Below are positions 1-10,191 of a stretch of DNA of 64,000 bases, piece after piece. Position numbers and translations under genes: made by a program. The notes beneath the pieces are model-generated. The model worked only from the letters and a program-made list of their open reading frames with translations, was not told the DNA's origin and made no database searches. This stretch comes from Buchnera aphidicola (Microlophium carnosum) (GTDB taxonomy: Bacteria > Pseudomonadota > Gammaproteobacteria > Enterobacterales > Enterobacteriaceae): positions 77,584-141,583 of the forward strand of contig CP048747.1 in the NCBI GenBank assembly GCA_011752475.1, in the 5' to 3' direction. The stretch's first letter is position 1; each line of letters begins with the position of its first letter.

Positions 1-882
1 GGTAATGTTTATGCCCAAGTAACTGCACAGATAGATTTTAATTCACAAGAAAAAACACAAGAACAATATTCACCGAATACTGATCGTAAAAATCAATCTA
101 TAAGATCTCATCAAATAAGTATTCATGATGAAGTAGAGAAAAAAAATATGCAGGGCGACATACCAAATTCTTTATCTAACAATAATATTTATTTTAATAA
201 AAATACTCTAAATAATAAAGATGCAAAAAAAATACATTCTATTAAAGATAGTAAAATTTTAAAAGATAATTTTACTCCTATTAACAGTAATACTCATCGT
301 GATCATACCATAAATTATGAATTAAATCATAGTGTATCACACACTAAAATGAACATAGGAGAAATTAAAAGGTTATCTGCAGCAGTTATAATAAATTTTT
401 CTAAAGATAAGAACGAAAAATTAGTTCCTTTAACTATAGAAAAAACAAAAAATATTGAAAAATTAATACAAGAAGCAATAGGATATTCTAAATCTCGAGG
501 AGATAGTATTCATCTTGTTAACGCACCATTTGCTAAATATAATGAAAAAATGCCAGTTCAAATTAATAATGTAAAAACGTTTAAATTTTCGAATTCTTTG
601 TTTACTATTGCTCCATGGTTTTTTTCTTTTTTATTTTTTTTACTCTTATTTAAAAAATATATTTGTCCTTTTTCAAAAAATAATAATCTTGAAAATACAG
701 TGGTTATGCCAACAGAAAGAGATATAGAAAAAAAAGATATTATAGAAAAAAACATTACTCAAGTAGATTTGAAAAAAAATATCAATATAGATAAATTAAT
801 CCATCAAATTTGTAATATATCTAATCAGAATCCACGTACTATAGCGTTGATTATTCGTCAATGGATGAGTGATAAAATATGA
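1..882 (+). CDS. fliF: Flagellar M-ring protein FliF, C-terminal part (5' end lies outside the window)
   Basis: Frame 1 is open from base 1 (GNVYAQVTAQIDFNSQEKTQEQYSPNTDRK...) and runs into listed ORF 148..882. The VTAQ.DF..-EQT-EQYSPN stretch resembles enterobacterial FliF. Lies directly upstream of fliG with a 4-nt ATGA overlap. Confidence 0.85.
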   Translation, partial: GNVYAQVTAQIDFNSQEKTQEQYSPNTDRKNQSIRSHQISIHDEVEKKNMQGDIPNSLSNNNIYFNKNTLNNKDAKKIHSIKDSKILKDNFTPINSNTHRDHTINYELNHSVSHTKMNIGEIKRLSAAVIINFSKDKNEKLVPLTIEKTKNIEKLIQEAIGYSKSRGDSIHLVNAPFAKYNEKMPVQINNVKTFKFSNSLFTIAPWFFSFLFFLLLFKKYICPFSKNNNLENTVVMPTERDIEKKDIIEKNITQVDLKKNINIDKLIHQICNISNQNPRTIALIIRQWMSDKI

Positions 883-1874
883 TTTTAAATGGTACTGAAA
901 AAAGTGCGTTATTATTAATAGCAATAGGGTCTGATCAAGCAGGAGAAATATTAAAACATTTAACTCCTTTTGAAGTACAAGAACTGATTACTGCTATGGT
1001 GAATATTAAAAGAGTTTCTACTCAAAAATTAAATGAAATACTACTGGAGTGTTATGATCTTGCAATAAAAAACAATGCTTTAAATTGTAATAATAGTGAT
1101 AAGTATCTTATTAAGATGCTAACTAAAGCATTAGGAGAAAAACAAGGAAATTCTCTGTTACAAGATGCACTAGAAATTCGTAATGCTTTAATATATATTA
1201 AAGCACTCAATTATATGCCAGCTAAAAAAATAGCTTTTTTATTAGAAAATGAACACCCGCAAATTGTTACTACAATACTTGTATATTTAGATAAAAATCA
1301 ATCGGCTCAAGTTCTTTCGTTTCTAGGTGATAAAAAACGAGCTGAAATTATATTAAGAATCATAGATTTTCGGGGTATTGAAGAATCTAGTTTAGTAGAA
1401 CTAAACAAAGTTATTAATAATTTATTAAAATATAAAAAATTAATTTTATCAGAAAAAGGAGGTATAAAAACCGCTGCTCAAATTTTAAATTCGATGAAAA
1501 TAAAGCATGAAAAAGAAACGATAAAAAAAATTAGTCAATGTGACGAACAATTAGCCGATAAAATTATTGCAGAAATGTTTTTATTCGAAAATTTATTAGA
1601 TGTAGATGATAAATACATTAAATTAGCAATGAAAAATATAGAAAAAGAAAAGTTGTATATTGCACTTCAAAAGACTAGTCCTGCTATTAAGGAAAAGTTT
1701 TTTAAAAATATGCCTGAGATAGAATCTAATCAACTATCTTTAAGTTTACAGAAAAAATCTTATGTTTCTAATGACTCAATAAAAAATGAACAAAAACTAA
1801 TTTTAATAATGATTAAAAATATTATAGAAAACAAAAAAATATCATTAAAAACTTTAAGAGAGTATTATGCCTAA
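879..1874 (+). CDS. fliG: Flagellar motor switch / C-ring protein FliG
   Basis: 331-aa ORF of E. coli FliG size. N-terminus [28 protein letters not shown] is FliG-like. Sits between fliF and fliH. Confidence 0.9.
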   Translation: MILNGTEKSALLLIAIGSDQAGEILKHLTPFEVQELITAMVNIKRVSTQKLNEILLECYDLAIKNNALNCNNSDKYLIKMLTKALGEKQGNSLLQDALEIRNALIYIKALNYMPAKKIAFLLENEHPQIVTTILVYLDKNQSAQVLSFLGDKKRAEIILRIIDFRGIEESSLVELNKVINNLLKYKKLILSEKGGIKTAAQILNSMKIKHEKETIKKISQCDEQLADKIIAEMFLFENLLDVDDKYIKLAMKNIEKEKLYIALQKTSPAIKEKFFKNMPEIESNQLSLSLQKKSYVSNDSIKNEQKLILIMIKNIIENKKISLKTLREYYA

Positions 1875-2529
1875 TTCGATCTTAGAAAAAACATGGAAAC
1901 GATGGTATCCAGAAAAAATATTTTTAAAAAATACAAAAAAAAATAAAATAATTTTATTTCATTTTGATAAATTTAAAAAAGAAGATTTTTCTTTAGAATT
2001 ACAAAATACAAAAAATTATAGTGTTGATAAAAAAGAATTCGAAAGAGATTTAATGAAAACAAAAGGATATGAAATTGGTTTTAAAAAAGGATTTTTACAA
2101 AGTCAAGAAGAGAGTGTTTTATTAAAAAACAAATTGAATAATTTGTTTTTAGATTTTGAAAAAGCTTTATCTATGTTTGAAAATGCACTATTTTCTCAAT
2201 TACTAAATACAGTTTTAAAAATTTCATCTTATGTAATTGGTAAAAACATTGATATTGACGAATCAATGTTAATTAATTATATAACAAATATTATTAAAAA
2301 AGACGGTATCTTTTTAAAAAAACCGCAACTTGTAATTCATCCTAATAATAAAAAATTAATCGAAAGTACCTTTAAAGATTTTTTAAATACTTATAAATGG
2401 ACATTAATTTTCGATGATAATATAGACTTAAATGGTTGTAAAATTAAATCAGAAAATATTGATATAGATGCTACAGTTGATGCTAGATGGCAAGAAGTAT
2501 GTCGTTTTATCTATTCAGAGGAATATTAA
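1867..2529 (+). CDS. fliH: Flagellar export ATPase regulator FliH
   Basis: 220-aa ORF between fliG and fliI, overlapping both. Sequence is weakly conserved, so the call rests mainly on position and size. Confidence 0.75.
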   Translation: MPNSILEKTWKRWYPEKIFLKNTKKNKIILFHFDKFKKEDFSLELQNTKNYSVDKKEFERDLMKTKGYEIGFKKGFLQSQEESVLLKNKLNNLFLDFEKALSMFENALFSQLLNTVLKISSYVIGKNIDIDESMLINYITNIIKKDGIFLKKPQLVIHPNNKKLIESTFKDFLNTYKWTLIFDDNIDLNGCKIKSENIDIDATVDARWQEVCRFIYSEEY

Positions 2530-3890
2530 TGAATTTAAGATTCGTTCAATTTTTAAAAAAGTTTTCTTCTTTTGAAAATAGAATTGAGAAGCTATCTGAT
2601 ATTATTAATTACGGTCGTCTTATTAGTATTAATGGATTAGTTTTAGAAGTGATGGGATTAAAGATGCCTATTGGTTCAGAGTGTTTTATTGAAAGAATAA
2701 TAGATGGTCAAAATGTAAATATTCATGCTGAAGTAATAGGTTTTTCAGGAGAAAAAACTCTATTATTATCTTATGAAGACATTAATGGTGTTTTTCCTGG
2801 TGCTCGTGTTTTTTTAAAATTAGGAAGTTATGTAGATCGTATTATAAAAAAAATGCCACTTTGTGTAGAATTGTTAGGAAGAGTATTAGATGGTCGAGGT
2901 CGACCATTAGATCAACTACCTAAAATTGATTATAAACATTATACTGTTATAAAAAACGATAGTATTAATCCGTTACATAGAACTCCAATTACTGAAGTAT
3001 TAGATACTGGAATACGTGCTATTAATGGACTTTTAACTGTTGGAAGAGGTCAAAAAATAGGAATTTTTTCTAGTTCAGGTATTGGTAAAAGTGTTTTACT
3101 TGGTATGATGGCTAGGTATACACAAGCTGATGTTATTATTATCGCGTTAATCGGAGAACGAGGTCGAGAAGTAAAAGATTTTATAGAAAATATATTAGGA
3201 GTTGAAGGATTATCACGATCAGTAGTTATTGCTGCTCCTGCAGATGTATCTCCTTTGTTAAAAATACAAGCGGCATCTTATGCTACTAATATTGCAGAAT
3301 ATTTTTATAAAAGAAACAAACATGTATTGTTAATTATGGATTCTTTAACACGTTATGCAATGGCACAACGAGAAATTTCATTGTCTTTAGGAGAATTTCC
3401 GATTTCTAAAGGCTATCCGTCTTCTATATTTTCAAAGATTCCAATGTTAGTAGAACGTACAGGAATAGCTAATAAAAGCAAAGCTTCAATTACTTCATTT
3501 TATACCGTTTTGACTGAAGGTGAAGATGAACAAGATCCTATTTCACATCTTGCTCGTTCTATATTAGATGGACATATTATATTGTCTCGTCATTACTCTG
3601 ATTTAGGTCATTATCCTGCAATTGATATTGAATCTTCTATTAGTCGTGTTATGCCTAGTATTATTAATACGAAACAATATAATCAAGCTTTGTATTTTAA
3701 AAAATTAGTTGCTTCTTATCAAAGGAATAGAGATTTAATAAATATAGGTGCCTACGTGAATGGTACTGATTTAATTTTAGATCATGCTATTAAAATATGG
3801 CCAAAATTAAAAAAATTTTTGCAACAAGAAATATCGGAAAAAAGTGATTATTTGATTTCTTGTGAAGCGTTAAATGAAATATTTCTTTAA
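2529..3890 (+). CDS. fliI: Flagellum-specific type III export ATPase FliI
   Basis: Walker A GIFSSSGIGKSVLLGMM and Walker B VLLIMDSLTRYAMAQRE. The listed ORF starts at 2487, but the ATG at 2529 overlaps the fliH stop (TAATG) and gives MNLRFVQF..., the more likely start. Confidence 0.93.
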   Translation: MNLRFVQFLKKFSSFENRIEKLSDIINYGRLISINGLVLEVMGLKMPIGSECFIERIIDGQNVNIHAEVIGFSGEKTLLLSYEDINGVFPGARVFLKLGSYVDRIIKKMPLCVELLGRVLDGRGRPLDQLPKIDYKHYTVIKNDSINPLHRTPITEVLDTGIRAINGLLTVGRGQKIGIFSSSGIGKSVLLGMMARYTQADVIIIALIGERGREVKDFIENILGVEGLSRSVVIAAPADVSPLLKIQAASYATNIAEYFYKRNKHVLLIMDSLTRYAMAQREISLSLGEFPISKGYPSSIFSKIPMLVERTGIANKSKASITSFYTVLTEGEDEQDPISHLARSILDGHIILSRHYSDLGHYPAIDIESSISRVMPSIINTKQYNQALYFKKLVASYQRNRDLINIGAYVNGTDLILDHAIKIWPKLKKFLQQEISEKSDYLISCEALNEIFL

Positions 3891-3919
3891 TATTTAAATA
3901 TACTGGATGTATTAAATCA

Positions 3920-4366
3920 ATGACATATAAAAAATTTTCATTTTCTTTATTAGAAGAAATAGAAAAAAAGAAAATAGACATAGAACTTATTAATCTTAAA
4001 CAGCTGTATTTACAAAAAGAACAGAATAGTAAGCAATTACAATTGTTGATTGATTATCAAAAAGAATATTCAAAAAAAATACATGATAAAATGATATTAG
4101 GAATTTGTATACATCAATGGGAAAACTACAATAATTTTATTTCGATGCTGCAAATAATTATCCAAGACAATCTAAATAGAATTGAAAAACATAAAAAAAT
4201 AATTGAAGAAAGTTTAAGAACATGGTCTAAAAATAAAATTAAACTAAAAGTTTGGCAACATTTTAATATAGTAAATAAAAAAGAAATACTAAAAATAAGA
4301 AAAATACAGGAAGACATAATTAATAATAATTATATTCAATTAAAATTTTTAAAAAAAGGACAATGA
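3920..4366 (+). CDS. fliJ: Flagellar export chaperone/stalk protein FliJ
   Basis: 148-aa coiled-coil-like ORF. LQLLIDYQKEYSKK matches E. coli FliJ LKMLIDYQNEYRNN. Correct position after fliI. Confidence 0.8.
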   Translation: MTYKKFSFSLLEEIEKKKIDIELINLKQLYLQKEQNSKQLQLLIDYQKEYSKKIHDKMILGICIHQWENYNNFISMLQIIIQDNLNRIEKHKKIIEESLRTWSKNKIKLKVWQHFNIVNKKEILKIRKIQEDIINNNYIQLKFLKKGQ

Positions 4367-5526
4367 TTATAATGTTAGAAATGATTTTCAATGTAGCATC
4401 ACAGAACAATGCTTCTTTTAATAAAAACAATAATTTTTTTGATGTTCTTTATGAAACAGGATTATCAAAATCTATTTTTAATGAATTAAATAAACACTTA
4501 CTGAGTAAAAAAATAGAATTTGATGATGTTTTCAACAAAGAAAAAAAAGATGATGATAAAAGTATTCTCTGTTCTAATTTTGTAATCAATAATTTATTGA
4601 ATTTTTTAAGTGTAAAAGATGTAGGTTGTAATTTGAAAGACGTGAATAATATTGAAGATGATAAAATACAAAAAAAAAGAATAGATAAAGATCAAAATAC
4701 TCCGTCAAATTCTATTGATTCTTTAAAAAATAGAAAAAATGATAACATCAAAAAAAATAAAAAAAAAATTGAAGTATTAAAAATAGATAGTTCACCAAAT
4801 AAGCTGATAAAAAATAAAAATACATACAATCACATTCGTGAATTAAATAATATAAATATAAGAAATAATGTATATTCTAAAAAAATTAATCATAAATTTT
4901 TTCAAAAAAAAATAAGTATGTCTAATATTAATAAAAATAATATAAAATGTGTAGAAGACGCAAAAAAAATAATTGTTCCGACAGATATTAAAAAAAATAA
5001 AAATGTTTTATTTACATCCAAATATGAAAATGTAATTAACAGAGGAAGTTCCTTAAAAGTTTTTAATCAACCCAAAGATATGAAATTATGCATAGAACCA
5101 TTGTTTTCAAATGATTCAAGTAACTCTATTAAATGGAAAAAATTAATCAGCCAAAAAATACTTTTGTCAATTTCTAATAAGTTTAATGAAGTAGAAATAC
5201 ATTTAAAACCAGAATATTTAGGTTCTATACATGTTGTCATCAATATGAAAAATAATGCTGCTACATTAAAACTTATTTCTAAATATAATGAAGTTAGAAT
5301 GTTTTTAGATGATTATATGCCTTTTTTACGTGATTCTTTAACAAAAAATGGAATTAAATTAGAAGAATTCAAGATTTGTAGTTCTTTGAAAAATAACAAA
5401 CTAAAAATCTATAAAAATTCATTTTATAAAAATATGCATCGTACAGATAATTTTAAAAAAATGTTGAATATATATGAAAAAAAAACAGATTTTACAAAAT
5501 ATAAACTAATTGACATATGTGTGTGA
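4363..5526 (+). CDS. fliK: Flagellar hook-length control protein FliK (divergent K/N-rich N-terminus, conserved C-terminal domain)
   Basis: The C-terminal block EVEIHLKPEYLGSIHVVINMKNNAATLKLISKYNEVRMFLDDYMPFLRDSLTKNGIKL aligns with the FliK C-terminal switch domain (LRLHPEELG...V...L...LP.LR..L...GI.L). ATGA overlap with the fliJ stop. Confidence 0.75.
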   Translation: MIIMLEMIFNVASQNNASFNKNNNFFDVLYETGLSKSIFNELNKHLLSKKIEFDDVFNKEKKDDDKSILCSNFVINNLLNFLSVKDVGCNLKDVNNIEDDKIQKKRIDKDQNTPSNSIDSLKNRKNDNIKKNKKKIEVLKIDSSPNKLIKNKNTYNHIRELNNINIRNNVYSKKINHKFFQKKISMSNINKNNIKCVEDAKKIIVPTDIKKNKNVLFTSKYENVINRGSSLKVFNQPKDMKLCIEPLFSNDSSNSIKWKKLISQKILLSISNKFNEVEIHLKPEYLGSIHVVINMKNNAATLKLISKYNEVRMFLDDYMPFLRDSLTKNGIKLEEFKICSSLKNNKLKIYKNSFYKNMHRTDNFKKMLNIYEKKTDFTKYKLIDICV

Positions 5527-5626
5527 AAAAAATATAAACTATTTTGCAAAATAATCATGTTATTCGATGTAAACAATCGAAGTATTCAGTTTTTCTTTTA
5601 ATAACTTTTACCTGTGAGGTATAAAA

Positions 5627-6607
5627 ATGGGGAAAAGTAATAATTTATATAATAAATTCAAAAAAGTTTATGAAAGGGAAAATAATTTAAAGCATTCTTT
5701 AAAAGAATATGAAATTAAAATTTTAGAAGATATTAATGATGGTTTGGTAGAACATTTTATAACATTTTTTTCTAATCTTACTAAAAAGAATATAAAATTA
5801 ATATCTTACAACACAAGGATAGGATCTTGTTATGCTAATGAAAACATCGTAAAAAACTTAAGATGTCTTAATTTAATAGAAATACTTCCTTATAATAATC
5901 AATCTTTTATAATTTTTTCCGATAATTTTTTATCTATTGTCATAGATATTTTGTTTGGAGGAAAGGATAATTCTATAAACAATAATAAAAAAATAACACA
6001 TATCACGTCTGCCGAGATTTTCATTAATAAAAAAATAATTAAATTTATAACAAGCTCTTTGACTCGAATTTATAAAAAATATTTTTTAAAAGAAATAACT
6101 TTTATTAATACAAAAACGTTTTTTGATATAAAACAATTTGATTTTGATCTTAATAGAGTATTTTTAATTCATTATTTTAATTTTACTATTAATAATATAG
6201 AAGTTTTTTTTAATATTTTAATCCCAATTTCAATACTGAAACATATTGATAAAAAAATAGTTCTTTCAATGAGCGGTAATTATAAAAACACGCATATAGA
6301 AGAAAAAAATACTAAGAATAGTATCTCTTTTAATGATATATATAATGTTGAATTAAATATTAAATCTAAAATCGTTGGCATTTCTATTTCATATGATAAA
6401 ATTTATAATTTATCGGTAGGAGATATTTTACCAATTAAAAAACCTAATAAAATTACAGCTTTCATAAAAGATCAAGCTATATTTTTTGGTGACTATAAAA
6501 CGTTTAATGAACAATCTATTGTTTTTATAGAAGAGTTTATTAATAATAATTTAGAGTCTGATCAAGATAAGGAACGCTCTCATGAGCAATACACAGAACA
6601 ACGATGA
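5627..6607 (+). CDS. fliM: Flagellar motor switch protein FliM
   Basis: 326-aa [11 protein letters not shown] and [16 protein letters not shown] motifs match FliM (DNLFGGDG, GDVLPIEKPDRIIAHV). Lies upstream of and overlapping fliN. Confidence 0.9.
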   Translation: MGKSNNLYNKFKKVYERENNLKHSLKEYEIKILEDINDGLVEHFITFFSNLTKKNIKLISYNTRIGSCYANENIVKNLRCLNLIEILPYNNQSFIIFSDNFLSIVIDILFGGKDNSINNNKKITHITSAEIFINKKIIKFITSSLTRIYKKYFLKEITFINTKTFFDIKQFDFDLNRVFLIHYFNFTINNIEVFFNILIPISILKHIDKKIVLSMSGNYKNTHIEEKNTKNSISFNDIYNVELNIKSKIVGISISYDKIYNLSVGDILPIKKPNKITAFIKDQAIFFGDYKTFNEQSIVFIEEFINNNLESDQDKERSHEQYTEQR

Positions 6608-6983
6608 TAAGAAAAAATCAATTAATTCTGAAAAAAAAATATCTAAAAATCAAGATGTTAATGAGGATTTATCACTGCAAGAAAATGTGAATAAAAATAT
6701 ATTAAATGATTCTAGAACTACAGTAGATAGTAAACATGTTTTACTTAATACCTTTGTTAATATTACTGTAGAATTAGGAAAATCCAAAGTAAAAATAAAA
6801 GATTTTCTTAGCTTTTCAAAGGGAAGCATGTTAATTTTAGATAAATCAATAAAAGAATCATTAGATATTTTTGTTAATGGTTATTTAATCGCATCTGGCG
6901 AAATTGTAGTGCTAGAAAAAAAATATGGTCTTCGTATTACTAGTATAAAGAATTCTTTAAAAACTATAAATGTTTTATCTTAA
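6582..6983 (+). CDS. fliN: Flagellar motor switch protein FliN
   Basis: C-terminal SpoA domain: [28 protein letters not shown]...[26 protein letters not shown], close to E. coli FliN. Confidence 0.92.
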   Translation: MSNTQNNDDKKKSINSEKKISKNQDVNEDLSLQENVNKNILNDSRTTVDSKHVLLNTFVNITVELGKSKVKIKDFLSFSKGSMLILDKSIKESLDIFVNGYLIASGEIVVLEKKYGLRITSIKNSLKTINVLS

Positions 6984-6994
6984 ATTTAAACTTT

Positions 6995-8134
6995 ATGAAA
7001 AATAATATGTTTTTTCAGTCAATATCAAGTATTTTTCAACCGATATTTAATAGTGAAAAATTTTATCAAATAATTAGTGCTTTATCTGAAATAATATTAT
7101 TGATATTAATTTTAAGTTGGATTTTAAAAAAAATTTCTTTTTTTAAAGTTAATCACTTAATATCTTGTATAAAAATTATAGATAGATTATCTGTCGGATC
7201 CCAAGAGTCTGTTCTTCTTGTAGAGGTTCAAAAAGTAAGACTATTATTGGGTGTAACAACAAAAAATATTACGCATTTATATACATTTTCATCTATTTTA
7301 AAGGATGTACCAATAAAAAAAACAGATGAAACTTTGTTTCAAAAAAATTCTTTTAATCATTCTTTAAAAAATTTTTCTAAAATATCCTGGAAAAAAACAA
7401 TGTTTTATCGAATTATTCCATTTTTATTTTTATTATTTCTTTGTCCAACAGTTCGTGCAGAAATACCTGGATTAACAAGTCATATTTTAGATGACGGAGG
7501 ACAGACTTGGTCGGTTCCAGTACAAACATTAGTTTTTTTAACATCTTTAACTTTCCTTCCAGCCTTTCTTTTAATGATGACTAGTTTTACAAGAATTATT
7601 ATTGTTTTTGGTTTATTACGAAATGCATTAGGAACACCGTATGCGCCACCAAATCAAATATTACTGGGTTTAGCACTTTTTTTGACATTTTTTATAATGT
7701 CTCCTACATTTGATAAAATATATAAAGATGCTTATGTGCCATTTAGCGAAGAAAAGATAAATATGGAAGATGCTATTCTAAAAGGTGTAGTTCCGTTAAA
7801 AAAATTTATGTTAAATCAAACACATACACCTGATTTAGAATTATTTTCAAAATTAGCAAATATTTCCTATTATAAAAATAAAAATGATATACCAATGCGA
7901 ATTTTATTACCATCATTTATTACTAGTGAATTAAAAACAGCTTTTCAAATTGGATTTACTATTTTTATACCCTTTTTAATTATTGATTTAGTTGTAGCTA
8001 GTGTATTGATGGCTCTTGGCATGATGATGGTGCCACCTTCAACAATTTCTTTACCTTTTAAACTAATGTTGTTTGTATTAGCTGATGGATGGCAATTATT
8101 AATTACTTCATTAACACAAAGTTTTAATGCATAA
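6995..8134 (+). CDS. fliP: Fused FliO-FliP export-gate protein (FliO-like residues 1-135, complete FliP from internal Met at 7400)
   Basis: N-terminal part ...[17 protein letters not shown]...[35 protein letters not shown] aligns with E. coli FliO (...AAAWLVKRLGF...SLGARERVVVVDVEDARLVLGVTAGQINLLHKL). From [27 protein letters not shown]...[23 protein letters not shown] it is canonical FliP. There is no stop between the two parts. Confidence 0.88.
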   Translation: MKNNMFFQSISSIFQPIFNSEKFYQIISALSEIILLILILSWILKKISFFKVNHLISCIKIIDRLSVGSQESVLLVEVQKVRLLLGVTTKNITHLYTFSSILKDVPIKKTDETLFQKNSFNHSLKNFSKISWKKTMFYRIIPFLFLLFLCPTVRAEIPGLTSHILDDGGQTWSVPVQTLVFLTSLTFLPAFLLMMTSFTRIIIVFGLLRNALGTPYAPPNQILLGLALFLTFFIMSPTFDKIYKDAYVPFSEEKINMEDAILKGVVPLKKFMLNQTHTPDLELFSKLANISYYKNKNDIPMRILLPSFITSELKTAFQIGFTIFIPFLIIDLVVASVLMALGMMMVPPSTISLPFKLMLFVLADGWQLLITSLTQSFNA

Positions 8135-8204
8135 CATTTTTGTAAAATATATTTATATATGATAAATAATTTTAAATTAACTGTTAAAATGGAGATGTTT
8201 ATTT

Positions 8205-8477
8205 ATGACATCTGAATATGTCATGGAATTATTTCATAATTCCATAAAAGTTGCATTAATTATTGCTGCACCATTATTATTAGCAGCTTTAATTAGTGGT
8301 TTAGTTATTAGCATCTTACAAGCGGCTACACAAGTTAATGAACAAACTCTATCTTTTATTCCTAAAATTATTTCTGTTTTAGGCGTAATCGTAATACTTG
8401 GACCCTGGATGTTAGGTATTATGCTAGATTACATGCATAATTTATTCAATAGTATACCTTTGATTATTAAATCATAA
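8205..8477 (+). CDS. fliQ: Flagellar export-gate protein FliQ
   Basis: 90-aa two-TM ORF. ISILQAATQVNEQTLSFIPKI is the conserved FliQ core. Confidence 0.92.
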   Translation: MTSEYVMELFHNSIKVALIIAAPLLLAALISGLVISILQAATQVNEQTLSFIPKIISVLGVIVILGPWMLGIMLDYMHNLFNSIPLIIKS

Positions 8478-9253
8478 TGTTAACATTTAATAGTTTACAA
8501 TTGATAACCTTAATTAGTAATTTTTTCTGGCCTATGGTACGAATTTTATCTTTTTTTTCTACTGCACCTATTTTTAATGATAAACTTATTAATAGAAAGA
8601 ATAAAATTGTTTTATCTGGCATGATCAGTTGGTTAGTATTTCCTCTGTTACCTGAAGTTCATACAACATTGTTTTCATATTTGGGATTGTTGTTACTTTT
8701 ACAACAAATATTAATTGGAATTGTTTTAGGTTTTACTGCACAATTGTTATTTGTTACAGTAAATTTAGCTGGTGAAATAATAGGCTTACAAATGGGTCTA
8801 TCATTTGCAACTTTTTTTAATCACAATAGTCATATTGGTATTTCTGTAATATCTCGTTTATTGAATATTTTGACTTTATTTTTTTTTCTAATTTTAAATA
8901 CTCATCTTTATTTAATTTCTATATTAATTGATAGCTTTTATAGTATGCCTATTGATAGTTATTTTTTAAATGTCAATATTTTCTTTATCTTATTAAAATT
9001 TTCTAGTTATATTTTTTTTAATAGCATTTTATTTATTTTTCCAGTTATGATTGTTTTATTATCTCTTGGGTTTATAATGAGTTTATTAAATCGTTTATCT
9101 CCCCAGATATCTATTTTTTCTATTGGGTTTTCGTTAAATGTATTAGTAGGGATATTAGTTTTATATTTTTTAATACCTGTTACATTTCCTTTGTTTAAAA
9201 AAATATTATATGATTTAATGTTTTTTATAACTCACACTTTTTTAAATATATAG
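8477..9253 (+). CDS. fliR: Flagellar export-gate protein FliR
   Basis: 258-aa polytopic membrane ORF. Its start overlaps the fliQ stop. FWPMVRILSFFSTAPIF and AGEIIGLQMGLSFA are FliR-like. Confidence 0.9.
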   Translation: MLTFNSLQLITLISNFFWPMVRILSFFSTAPIFNDKLINRKNKIVLSGMISWLVFPLLPEVHTTLFSYLGLLLLLQQILIGIVLGFTAQLLFVTVNLAGEIIGLQMGLSFATFFNHNSHIGISVISRLLNILTLFFFLILNTHLYLISILIDSFYSMPIDSYFLNVNIFFILLKFSSYIFFNSILFIFPVMIVLLSLGFIMSLLNRLSPQISIFSIGFSLNVLVGILVLYFLIPVTFPLFKKILYDLMFFITHTFLNI

Positions 9254-9359
9254 TTTTTATTTTATTATTTAAATGGTATAATTTAATTTAAAAAAGATAA
9301 CTATTATACATTATTATGTATTTTAAGATTGGAATTTTTTTTAAAAAATTCTTATAAAT

Positions 9360-9395
9360 AAAGTATAATTTTTCTAAAATTATACTTTAGTTTTT
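9360..9395. terminator. AT-rich perfect 13-bp hairpin between convergent fliR and rpmG (candidate bidirectional terminator)
   Basis: aaagtataatttt (9360-9372), loop tct, aaaattatacttt (9376-9388), then ag+TTTTT. The stem has a single G:C pair, so stability is modest. Confidence 0.4.
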
Positions 9396-9438
9396 AGTAT
9401 AAAATAAAAATATTTTTTAATAGAAATGTATTATTTTT

Positions 9439-9606
9439 TTATTTGATCTTGCCTTCGTTATATAAGACATGTTTTCGAATTACAGGATCATATTTTTTGA
9501 ATTTTAACTTATCTGGCGTATTTCTTTTATTTTTAGTTGTAGTGTAATAATGTCCAGTTCCTGCAGATGATATCATTTTTATTTTTTCACGAGTTTTTTT
9601 AGCCAT
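9439..9606 (-). CDS. rpmG: 50S ribosomal protein L33
   Basis: Not in the ORF track (55 aa). The minus strand reads [55 protein letters not shown], near-identical in pattern to E. coli L33. Confidence 0.93.
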   Translation of the reverse strand: MAKKTREKIKMISSAGTGHYYTTTKNKRNTPDKLKFKKYDPVIRKHVLYNEGKIK

Positions 9607-9616
9607 TAAATCACCC

Positions 9617-9847
9617 TTATTTTTTATAATTTATTTTTTTTATTATTTTTTCAATACCGTTTTTGTCAATACAACGCATTCCATTAGCTGAGACACGTAA
9701 TTTAACAAATCTTTTTTCATCAGCAATCCAAAATCGATGGTATTGAATATTTATTAAAAATTTTCTTTTAGTTGCATTCATAGCATGAGAACGATTGTTA
9801 CCAATCATTCTTTTTTTACCAGTAACTTGACATATACGTGACATCAT
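9617..9847 (-). CDS. rpmB: 50S ribosomal protein L28
   Basis: M(M)[38 protein letters not shown]... matches E. coli L28. There are two adjacent ATGs (9847 and 9844), with an AAGGGG Shine-Dalgarno upstream. Confidence 0.93.
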   Translation of the reverse strand: MMSRICQVTGKKRMIGNNRSHAMNATKRKFLINIQYHRFWIADEKRFVKLRVSANGMRCIDKNGIEKIIKKINYKK

Positions 9848-10191
9848 TTTTCCCCTTGAAGTATAATACGATATATTTTAAATCAATGAATTTTATCAGC
9901 ATTATTGTCTTATAAAATCAAAAAAATATTTTAACATATTATCAAAAACTATAATAGTTGTTTAACTTTCGATATTTTTTATAAAACAGGATCTAGTATA
10001 TTGCAATATTATAATTAATTTTTAATATTACGTAAATTTATTATAAAGTATTTTAAAAATCATACTTACATAATAGAAAAATATCGTTTTTTTATTGTTT
10101 TTAATATAAAATATATCATGTTAACTCTTAGTTAATTTATTATAAATTAATTTTTATATTTATAATTTAATACTAAATCAGGACAATTTTT

